Origin: Leptogorgia sarmentosa
Lineage: Eukaryota
Direction: 5' to 3'
NCBI GenBank assembly: GCA_964658305.1
Contig: OZ210885.1
Span: forward strand, 25,544,001 to 25,608,000
DNA: 64,000 nt
The notes beneath the pieces are model-generated. The model was not told where the DNA came from, searched no databases, and saw only the letters and a list, made by a program, of their open reading frames with translations. The translations under genes were made by a program, and so were the position numbers. Position 1 is the stretch's first letter. Every line of letters begins with the position of its first letter. Shown piece after piece: positions 37,801 through 48,561 of this stretch.

Positions 37801-38140
37801 GGGTCTTACCAAAAACTCTTTTAAGGGAGCCAGTGAAATCAACATCCATGAGGCCAACGTTTATTAGTACTTCCTCCTTTTTTTCAATTTTTTTCTTCTT
37901 TGCCTTTGGCTCAAAGTGTGACCTCCGCTCGGTTTCCTTTACTTTTTTGAATGAAGAAAAGCTGGGGATTGGATTGGATGCATTTCTTCTCACAGGGACG
38001 CTTGTTGCTGTCGAGCTGCTAGCGCCTTGACTTGTGCCTTCCTCGCTGGCGCTACAGTTAATAGACGATCTTTTCGAACCACAACTTGGACAAAATTTGA
38101 ACTTTTGTTCCAGCTGCCCTCCGCAATTACCGCAAAACAT
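34839..38140 (-). CDS. Multi-exon zinc-ribbon + UIM-like + HECT (G2E3-like) E3 ubiquitin ligase of element B (about 6 exons; exon 2 acceptor uncertain)
   Basis: MFCGNCGG..FCPSCG start; DENEAVQRAIDNSL (UIM-like, ~36990-36949); DAVDLGGPRREFF; GRMLATMVVQGG; LDQLLEGL; LLFATGA..P; PSAQTCSNMLYL with catalytic Cys at ~34945. GT-AG boundaries are visible at most junctions. Confidence 0.8.
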
Positions 38141-39112
38141 AACAATTTATATGTAAAATTTATATTATATGAATTATTCATAAAGTAAAGTGCAGAAATG
38201 TTTGAAAACGTGGCCCGCACTGTTCTGTCTTCTGTGAATCTCGTGTTGTCGCTGTATGCGCCCGCGTTGTACATGTCTGCGGTAATCTTTTTGCATTGGA
38301 TAAACTTTGTTTTTGTATTGATCGAGAATTTTGAATTTGCATTGTAACAATATATATTTTTGCAACATAAATACTTTCATTTTGTATCGATTAATTTTGT
38401 TTTGCATTGTGAAAAGTTTAATTGCATTTGAAATCCTTGTATTGCATTGAACATTTGCTTTGTGCATTGCACTTGTGGGCCACCGTACATGAGTCATGAT
38501 ATGCACTACACGACTAACAGATGCTTTTGCGAACGTTTCAATCGCTTTTATTTTGCGAAGGAAAGTGAACGATAGTCTGAAACTCCTGCCTGCACTGCAT
38601 CCAGTGGTTGTTGGTGGCTTGTCCTGAGCAGGAGTGGATTAGCTCAAACTTTTTAACTAAATATTCTGCTGCTTTGGTTTTTAGACAATCAATTTGCTTT
38701 CTGCTGAAGTTAAATTTTTCTGGAGGGACAAATGATGACTGAAACTCCTGCATTTCTTTCTTGCATTCTCACTGGGATCAATTGACTTTAACGCCACCCC
38801 ATGTGCATGGGTGGCGTAGAAAAAGCTGTTCATGCCAGCTTCTGAACAAGGTTCCTTGTAAAGAAAAATTTGTCGATTTTCTGCCGTAAAACTTGTCAAG
38901 GAAAAATTGCTTGTCTTGGCGGGGTTTAATATTGTACGGAACTACTGCCCAAGTAAAATCTAGTTGGAAACTTCAGTTTATACAAATCTTCTCAAATTGG
39001 GAAATAGAAATCCAAGCATTCAGGCATGAATTAGTCAGCAAAACGTATATATGTGTTGAAGCATAGCGGACGTGTAATTTTACGTTCTGTTAAAAATTGT
39101 TTGCTTATCTCA

Positions 39113-39912
39113 ATGGCTGCTACAAAACAGCTAAGGAAAGAAAACGAAGAGTTACGAAATGATATTAGCGAATTACAGCAGAAGCTAGATAAAATCACTG
39201 AAGAAATGTTGAAGATAAACGATAAAACCGATCAGATTGAAGGCGGCCATGTTCCGAAGGACCAAGAAAAGTCTATACAGTTTGTAAGCGTTCAATACGA
39301 CGACCTCGTCTCGTTCAAAAATAATACGAATACGGAACTTAAATATATAAAATCGCAAGTCGAAATCATATCCACAAAATGTGAAAAAATTGCAAAAGCC
39401 ATTGACCAGGAATTGCTGGAAGATTATAGCTATCAGTATAATTTGAAAATTGTTGGCATACCGCAGGAGCAAGCAACTGAAACGGCGGAGCAGACGGCAA
39501 ATTTATGTCTTAATTTGTTTAAAGCTATTGGTGCTGACGAAGTGATCCTTCAAGATATCGATATAGCACATCGAATACCAGCGAGAAGATCTCTACAGAC
39601 CGTCCGAACGCAATAATCTGCAAGTTCGTTCGCCGCCTGGCAAGGGAAAAAGTAATGTCGGCAAGAAGGGCAGTAAACAACCTACGCCCAAATCAACTTG
39701 GACTTCCCCCAAATTCGCAACTTAACAACGTCAACATCTACGATCATCTCACTCCACATGTACAAGAACTGTTGTATGAGGCTAAGAAATATCAAAGGGT
39801 AAATCATTTCCAGTACTGCTTGGTGAGAAACAAGAAAACGATCTGCCTACGCAAGTCTGAGGCAGATGAAATAATTAAACTGAACAGTCTACAAGACTTA
39901 CTTGCATTGTAG
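39113..39912 (+). pseudogene. LINE ORF1 (coiled coil + RRM-like), one frameshift near 39600
   Basis: Heptad-rich N-terminus, YSYQYNLKIVGIP, DIDIAHRI, AIICKF, IYDHLTP. Confidence 0.75.
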
Positions 39913-39962
39913 AAAGAAGAATCTACTGGAACACGAGCTAAGTGATCTCTATTATGAATTAA

Positions 39963-42900
39963 ATGGCATCTGATAGTATAGATATGGGGTCAGTTTTCCC
40001 ATTTAATCATCTAGATGACACTCTTTTCTCTACTGCTTTGCACGAGATGTCGCACGGTGCTTTAAATTATGATTATAATCGCCTAGAAACTTTAGTATTC
40101 AACCCTATCGAACAAATAACTTTAAAATTCAGCCATCCTCTAGCCTCTAGTCTTGATCCAGATATAAAATTTTTTGAATACTCATTGCCCAAAAGTAACT
40201 ATATGGTTGAAGATGAGGTAAATAACCCAGATAGTATGAAGCAATATGATTCCAGTTTCTCTTTATTGCACCTAAATAGCCATAGTTTAGTTGGCATTTT
40301 TGATAAATTTCAATCTTTAATAGCAAACATGAACAATATATTCTCACTTATTGGGGTTACTGAAACTTGGTTAAATGATCAAACATCTGATACTGTAAAT
40401 ATTCCTGGTTATCATTTTATCTCCAACCATCGTAAACATAAAACTGGTGGTGGAGTCGGTATTTACTTACGAAATATTTTTCAATATAAAGTACTACAAG
40501 ACTGCACAATATCTAATCCTGAAGTAATCGAATCTCTGTTTGTTGAAATTTGTAACCCTCTTGGGAAAAACACCATAGTCGGTACAGTCTACAGACCACC
40601 TAATCAAAATCTTAATTACTTTATGGATGAATTAAATAGAATTCTCTCAACAATTTCTAAGGCTAATAAGAACTGTTATCTGATGGGTGATTTCAACCTT
40701 GACCTGCTACGTTATGAGGAACACGCGGTCACCCAGGAATTCATAGATTCTTTGTTTTCCTACATGTTCATTCCAATTATTACTAGACCTACACACTTAA
40801 CAGCACACACTGCCACACTTATCGATAATATATTCACAAATTGTCTCACACAGAATATTACAAATGGGATTATCATTAATGATATCTCTGATCACCTACC
40901 AATTTTTGCATCTTTTAACAATGAAAAAATTCCATATACTAAGACCTTAAAAACAAATACGTGTGATTATAATGATACAAATTTTAACAATTTTCAATCT
41001 TGTCTTTCACAAGTTAACTGGTCAAGTGTTCTCACTGACCAGGATCCTAACAAAATGTTTGAAATTTTTGTCTCAGAATATAGTAGACATTTTGAAGACT
41101 GTTCTCCTCTTAAAACAATAAAACGCAACAACCCAAAAAAAACAAAATCTCCGTGGATAACTAAAGGTTTATTAGCTTCAGTCAGGAAAAAAAAAAGATT
41201 ATATAAGAAGCTGCTAAAACATCCAACTTTGATATGTGAAACCCAATATAAAACCTATAAAAACAAACTAAATCATCTGATCAGAACTGCAAAGAAAATG
41301 TATTATGACGATAAATTTCAATCTTTAATAGCAAACATGAACAATATATTCTCACTTATTGGGGTTACTGAAACTTGTTTAAATGATCAAACATCTGATA
41401 CTGTAAATATTCCTGGTTATCATTTTATCTCCAACCATCGTAAACATAAAACTGGTGGTGGAGTCGGTATTTACTTACGAAATATTTTTCAATATAAAGT
41501 ACTACAAGACTGCACAATATCTAATCCTGAAGTAATCGAATCTCTGTTTGTTGAAATTTGTAACCCTCTTGGGAAAAACACCATAGTCGGTACAGTCTAC
41601 AGACCACCTAATCAAAATCTTAATTACTTTATGGATGAATTAAATAGAATTCTCTCAACAATTTCTAAGGCTAATAAGAACTGTTATCTGATGGGTGATT
41701 TCAACCTTGACCTGCTACGTTATGAGGAACATGCGGTCACCCAGGAATTCATAGATTCTTTGTTTTCCTACATGTTCATTCCAATTATTACTAGACCTAC
41801 ACACTTAACAGCACACACTGCCACACTTATCGATAATATATTCACAAATTGTCTCACACAGAATATTACAAATGGGATTATCATTAATGATATCTCTGAT
41901 CACCTACCAATTTTTGCATCTTTTAACAATGAAAAAATTCCGTATACTAAGACCTTAAAAACAAATACGTGTGATTATAATGATACAAATTTTAACAATT
42001 TTCAATCTTGTCTTTCACAAGTTAACTGGTCAAGTGTTCTCACTGACCAGGATCCTAACAAAATGTTTGAAATTTTTGTCTCAGAATATAGTAGACATTT
42101 TGAAGACTGTTTTCCTCTTAAAACAATAAAACGCAACAACCCAAAAAAAACAAAATCTCCGTGGATAACTAAAGGTTTATTAGCTTCAGTCAGGAAAAAA
42201 AATAGATTATATAAGAAGCTGCTAAAACATCCAACTTTGATATGTGAAACCCAATATAAAACCTATAAAAACAAACTAAATCATCTGATCAGAACTGCAA
42301 AGAAAATGTATTATGACGATAAATTTCAATTGGTCAAAAACAATCTGGAAGAAACCTGGAAAGTAATAAATGAAGTCACCAACAAGAAAAAACAGAAACA
42401 ATCCTTACCGTCTACACTTCAAGTTGGCGATCGATTAGTTACTGACCCTATTGAAATTGCCAATGGGTTTTGTAATTTCTTTTCAAACATAGGCCCATCC
42501 TTAGCAAATAAAATTCTGGCTGCAACCTCATCTTTTAGACACTATTTAGGACCCACCAACAGTGAAACAATATTCTTAAAACCAACTTCCTTGACTGAAC
42601 TAAGACAAATTTGCATGTCATTTAAGACTGGGACAGCCCCAGGTTATAATATTCCCATGCATGTTATCAAAAATTCTTTTGAATGCATCGTTGATCCTTT
42701 AATGCATTTGATTAACATATCGTTAGAGACAGGGGTCTCTCCAGATAAATTAAAAATGGCCAAAATAATCCCTATGTTTAAAGCAGATAATCCACAATTA
42801 TTTAAAAATTACAGACCCATTTCACTCCTAACAAATTTTTCCAAATTTTATGAAAGAGTTATGCATTCTCGATTACTTGAATTTGCAGAACAATTTGAAA

Positions 42901-43087
42901 TTTTGTGTAATAATCAGTTTGGCTTCCGTAAAAATTATTCAACAAATCTTCCACCAATTCATTTAATAAATAAAATTTCATCCTCTATTGACCATAGGGA
43001 GATTACAGCTGGTGTTTTCTTGGACCTCTCAAAAGCCTTCGATACTATACCATAAACTCTACGCTATGGTATCCGCGGGGTAGCGTT
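39963..43087 (+). pseudogene. LINE ORF2 5' part: APE endonuclease (duplicated in tandem) and RT N-terminus
   Basis: GVTETWL, GGGVGIY, YRPP, GDFN, IDNIF and SDH each occur twice (second copy GVTETCL). Then NYRPISLL, QFGFR and DLSKAFDT. Confidence 0.9.
40302..42330 (+). repeat. 1008-bp in-frame tandem duplication bounded by 13-bp microhomology GATAAATTTCAAT
   Basis: The motif occurs at 40302, 41310 and 42318. The two copies differ at only a handful of bases. Confidence 0.95.
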
Positions 43088-46000
43088 CAGGGGCGGATCC
43101 AGCTAAAAATCTGACCGTATCATAGGTAGAAGACCTCGCATAGCTAGGGGGGTCCGGGGGCATGCCCCCTGGAAATTTTTTTAAATTTGAACCCCGGAAA
43201 TGCCATTTCCTGCGTTCTGAGCGTCAGAGTCTACCTAAAATATGGCCTCAACAAGGCCATATTTTGGACAAAAAGAAACCAAAAACCTGCAATAAAGGTT
43301 GAAATTTTAACAACTGCTCATACCATTTCCTTCAGTGAACTTCTAGAACATAACTCATAATCGGATACGGCAGGGAGAAAAACTCGTAATCGTTCATAAC
43401 TGTTGTACTCCTTGAAACAGCAGCACGAAGGAAGTTATAGAAAATGTTCACTTTCATTTGATTTCAATCATGTTCCATCTTTTCACGGTCAGCATGGAGT
43501 AGATCAGTCAACAACATTCGTCTCGGGTGTTTTCGAGCAAAACGTTCAATGATTTCTTCGATGTCCAGATTTATCACACGATGGACATTCAGTAAGGCCA
43601 GCGATCTCAATCTCTTTTCGCCCATAGTGCTTCTTAAATAGGTTTTTAATCGCCTTAATGTGGATATAGATCTTTCACATGTACAGGTAGTGACAGGAAT
43701 GGTGCAAAAAATCTTCAAAGCGGTGAGTATATTGGGAAATGTATAAGGATCGATTTGTGGTAGAAGATCTTGAAGAGATAAGGGAGTGGTTTCCATAGCA
43801 TTGGTACAGTGTATTGTCCACATTTTCAATTCACACTCGAGGAAATCTGGATCAGGAAGATCGTCTTTATACTTTTCCAGGAAGCGAGAAAAATGTTCAA
43901 TCCAGTCAGATTGAGATACAACAACATTTGGCATGACATATAAAGCATCAAGAGCATCAAGGTTTCCTTCGGAGAATCGAGACTGTATCTGCCCCAATAG
44001 CTGATCGAGGAATGGTATTGTGACAACCTTCTTAAAATAATCCGATGCAGACTCAGAAGGAACATTTTCACGATAAACTTGTCGTCCAGAAGTCCTCGGT
44101 TTCGAAGGTGTTATATTAGCTTCTTTACCCAAGTTTACTGGGACTTCGTAAAACTTTGAGTGGGTGTCATCAATCTCAACTCGAAGCTGATCGATTGTAA
44201 GAAGTAGAAGGGAGACTTTTTCACGTGCTTTTCCGGCGTCTAACGAGGCGTTTTGTAGCTGTAGAGTTAGGGGTTTTGTGCACTTAAGACAGCTCTCCAC
44301 AACAACGAGGGCAACAATAAATGAGAATTTCTCAATCGCATTCTTCATACCACTTGCTCTATAACGAACGTCTTGATTATAAGATTTGTCTTTGGCGATG
44401 AGATCGAGGGAATCAGTTACAGCTGAATAACATTGAATGAAGATATGTAAACCATCGATTCTAGCAACCCATCTGGTTTTGCAAACATTTATCAATTTCT
44501 GATGGCGTTCATCTGGGAATAACTCTTTTATCCTTTCTTGCAGCATCAGTGTTCTTTTAGGAGAACTGTTGAAGAAATCAGAGACAGATCTTACATTGTC
44601 CATCATATCACGTATGATTGGCAAACTGCAGGAAGACGCAACACACAGGTTTAAAACGTGAGAACCACAATGCACGTAGATAGCTTTCTCAAAGCGACAC
44701 TGGATTCGAGCTGCTACACCGGACAACTTGCCAGCCATATTTCCGGCTCCATCATAGCCTTGGCCACGACATTCCTCCATCCTTAAGCCAATGCTGGTGA
44801 TAAATTTAGAAATATTTTCAGACAATGCTTCACCTGATAATCCGTCGCTGCACGGAATAAAACCCAAAAAGTCTTCCCGAATTTTCAAAGATTCGTCAAT
44901 AAATCTCAAAACCACGGCCATTTGTTCTGTGTTTGAGCAGTCCGTTGCCTCATCCGCCAGAAGTGAGAAAAACTTGGCCTTTTTGACATCATCGACTAGT
45001 TCTTCCATAACCATATCTCCACAGATTTCAATCAACTCGTTTTGAATGGTTTTGGATCGGTATGTCTGATTGGAGGGCACACTTCCAAAAAGGACATCTG
45101 TGAGATTCCCACAAGAAGCACCATACTTCAGAATTTCTATAAAATTCCCAGGATTTGATTTTTCGTCTTCTAGATGATGTGCGTCATCACGATGACCACG
45201 AAGGGGGATATTCTGGCGAGCGCAAGTCAAAATCACTCCAACAATAGGGCGAAGGCGCATTCTGTTCTTCTGGATCAACTCCAGCCGTGCATTGTTTATT
45301 TGGACATCAATTCTGGTTTCTTGGTTTTCCATGACTTGTTTGAAATTGAGTGCCCGAATGGTTGCTGTCTTATGGATCGGCGACTTTTCAGCATGATCTT
45401 GCAGCTTTTTAACAAATGATGTCGTAGGACGAAGAGGTGATCTAAATAATCGCTGCAATTTGGTAGCATTGTGAGAACTTTCACCACCAAAAAGGATGCA
45501 GTTTATACAAAACCCACCATCGACAGCCGCAGAATAACACAACCAAGGGAAAGAGGTTAACCATTCATATCGAAACCGCCTTTTAGTCTCCACATTACAC
45601 AAGAAAACATGGTCACTTTCAGGCTTCCACACCTTACAGAGAACATCGTATTTCTCAGCATCAGACAACATTGCTACACGATTGACGAAGTTGTTGATGT
45701 CATAAGGGTGAACAGTTCCTTGTGTTGATGGTTTGGGATCAGCATCCTCTTTGGTAGAAGGAAACGCCTGAATAACATTCTGGTTATCCGATTCGATAGC
45801 CGATTGCTGTTTTGCCTCATGATCTGGTTTTCTCTTCGACAATATTGCATCCAAAACAAGTTGTTTTCGTTTTCTACCAGGAAACATTTTCTCTGCTGGC
45901 TTATCAACTTTTGCTGTTGTTTTGATAGAAGTGGACGTTGTCGATGCAGGACGAGGTGCTATAGTTGTAATGGGTCTGGAAAGATGAGGCACGAAGTATT

Positions 46001-48078
46001 GATCACCAGTTGCAACAGACTGTTCAGGAAGGCAGAGAGCAACAAAGTGATTCTTTAACTCTGGTATCTTTCGGTCAACAAGATAGCGACTTGGCAAGGC
46101 GGCACAACGGAAAATGTGAATAATGGTAGGATCTTGGCCAAATCTTGGTTTAATTGTACAGTTATACATCTTAGCCAACGAATCCCACTGCTCTTTTGGC
46201 GCTGTCTCATTGGATATTGGAAAGTATGACTGAATAGTGCATCCAATAACAGTAGCTAAGCCAAACATACACATCATCGAGGAGAACTGGAAATTTTTAG
46301 AATTTTGCTCTGCTTCTTCAATAACTGATGCAATATTACCATCTTTCTCAAGTGCAGAAAGTGCAGAATCAGATACACATGGCAAATGCATTACCAAGTG
46401 AGGTGAATGCTCCACTATCATGTTGTAATTTAATAACAGGATGATTGCAGTAGAACTCTGCATTTTCGTACAGTTCAATACTTGTTAAACATCGTAAGAA
46501 TGTAGCTAGCTTTTCTGTCCCAGTAAAAGCAATTGAGGCTGCATTATAGAGACAATTCCCGTTAGGCGAGGTGCTGAATGATTTAAATGTAGATAAATAA
46601 AATCACATACACAGTACTATATATAAAGAAACATGCATAGTATATGCATGTTATCAAATCAAATTTAATTCACAAGTTTTTTTGTATCGTAAGACGAAAA
46701 AGACGAAGGCGGATATAAATTCAGTGATTTAAGTTTTCAATGACAATATCCTCAACATTTTGTAGCACTACAGTACCATATGTTCTCGAAATATACTATA
46801 TAACACTTGCGACCCAATATATGAAATGAAGTCTGATTTATTGAATAAATAATAAATTATTTGGCGCTCATGTATCGTCCATATCAATTTCACGCAGCTT
46901 TATGCTAATATATTGTAGCTTTTGTGTAGTGTTGATGGCGATAGTCATAACATTGTATTTCATTGTATATTTTGCGATTATTGACCTTTGCCCTTAGTTA
47001 ATTTTATATTAATCTTGCTTGTGTATTTCTATCTATATTTAGTTTTTTATCTTTTTGTTATATTAGTGTTACTCGTTCCCGTTTTTTAAATACTCAGTCT
47101 TGTATTGTATCGGTGTTGTTGCTGTTGTCGATTATTAAATTTCTTAAAACTCACTCGTATCGTGTGCGTAACCCGACCGTACCGGCCGTCTTACATAAAG
47201 ATAGGATTTACATAGTATTCGTCACAAACAGACAGTACGCAAATTATTATATATTTATGTAATGTAAAATAAATTATTTACCTTACAGGGATATGTTGAG
47301 CACATCTTTCAAGCTGAACTTTCGGAAATTGCATTTTGGAAAATTCACAAACACAGACGCTTTTTTTGTCAACATTATTCATGAAACCACAGACAATGCC
47401 TTCACAATAACCACGTAAAAGCTTCAATTCAGTGTTACAACCATCTTCTTTAGCATGAATTCGCTCAAAAATCCGTTTTATTTGATGGAGCACGTTTGTG
47501 TTACTCGACATGGCGAACGTATTAATTTATCAACAGTGAAAAATATAATATGATTTGTATCTGCCGCTCGATAAATATTGCGCAACACATTTGATTTGGC
47601 CACCGTATCAGACCGTATCAACACCGTATCGAAATTCTGCATTCTTATTGGTGGAGAGCCAGAGAATGACGACACAGTATCAAAAATGATCGGAATGTTA
47701 CTATTTCGGGAAACAAAATGGTACTGACCGTATCAGTGACCGTATCATGATCGCAGGCGCCGTATTCGTCTAAATTATTCAGCCTGTGTGGCAGGCTGTA
47801 TTTGCGGGCTTAAAATTCGAATATCAATTTAATTCTTCAATTAATTCGTTGGCTTCGGTCCGAAAGTAAGCTGCCCTCCAGAATTTACACACGGCATAGT
47901 CGACGTTTTAAAATTATTTTTAAATAATTTTGAATAATATAAAACAAATAAAATATTATTCAATGCGTAAAATCTTTAATTTTCAGTTCTTGTTAATCAT
48001 TTAATCACGGATTTAACATTTTTTGGAAAATCTGACCGTATCAGCTGATACGTTCGATATGGTCTGGATCCGCCCCTG
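43088..48078 (-). mobile_element. hAT element with 5-bp TSD (hAT5 type) inserted in the LINE RT
   Basis: GCGTT|CAGGGGCGGATCCAG ... CTGGATCCGCCCCTG|GCGTT, with subterminal gaccgtatca repeats. Confidence 0.9.
43464..47511 (-). CDS. OTU/vertnin-like domain fused to a PRKRIR/THAP12-like hAT transposase (exon 1 ~47511-47282; exon 2 ~46590-43464 with one frameshift near 46375)
   Basis: STSPNGNCLYNAASIAFTGTEKLATFLRCLTSIELYENAEFY (~46575-46450), FSSMMCMFGLATVIG and NHFVAL. Then TTF-type Zn finger, LRGHRD, ADEATD, GQGYDGA, HCGSHVLNL, TRW and CERSISTLRRLKTYLRSTM. Confidence 0.8.
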
Positions 48079-48561
48079 GCGTTGGAATGGATCAAAAGTT
48101 ATTTCAACAATCGTACCCAATTTGTGCAATTTAATGTTTTTTCCGTCGAAAAAGAAATCAGATGTGGGAGGGGGCGTAAGGGGGGTATGGAAACCGCAAA
48201 ACCTCACAGAAAAACGTAAAATACAGCAAAACCACAATTCCACATTACGATCATACTGTCATAAAGTATTTGACGCACCATCCGACGCATTTGAAGTTAT
48301 ATTTAGCTTTTATAGACTTTATACGTACTCTCAAAAAAGTGTACCCTGCCACGTTGGGATATCTTTTGACAAAAATATCCTAAATTTGTATATTTGTAAA
48401 TAACAGAGGCAACCTTTGAAATTCCCCCCACTTTTGGATGACGACAGCGCGAAAATCACATAAAAAGTCGCCTATTAATGGTAAAGCGTTAATACATGTC
48501 ACAATTATACTCACAAGGTCCACAAGGCTTTGTTAGACCTTTGCTAGACTTGCTACTAGGG

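Larger units (their letters stand above)
32930..38487. mobile_element. IS3EU-type DNA transposon B, apparently complete: ~240-bp TIRs, 6-bp TSD CATGAG, convergent transposase and HECT genes
   Basis: CATGAG|TACGGTGGCCCACAAGTGC... (TIR 32930-33171) and ...GCACTTGTGGGCCACCGTA|CATGAG (TIR 38253-38487). The paralogous empty site has a single CATGAG (ctcatg, 58573-58578). Confidence 0.9.
32665..38805 (-). mobile_element. Copy A (32665-32929 + 38494-38805) of an unclassified TE end, split by element B; inverted relative to 57507-58851
   Basis: Reverse-complement match to 57507-57740 and 58480-58851. Begins GGTACAGATATATA. Confidence 0.7.
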
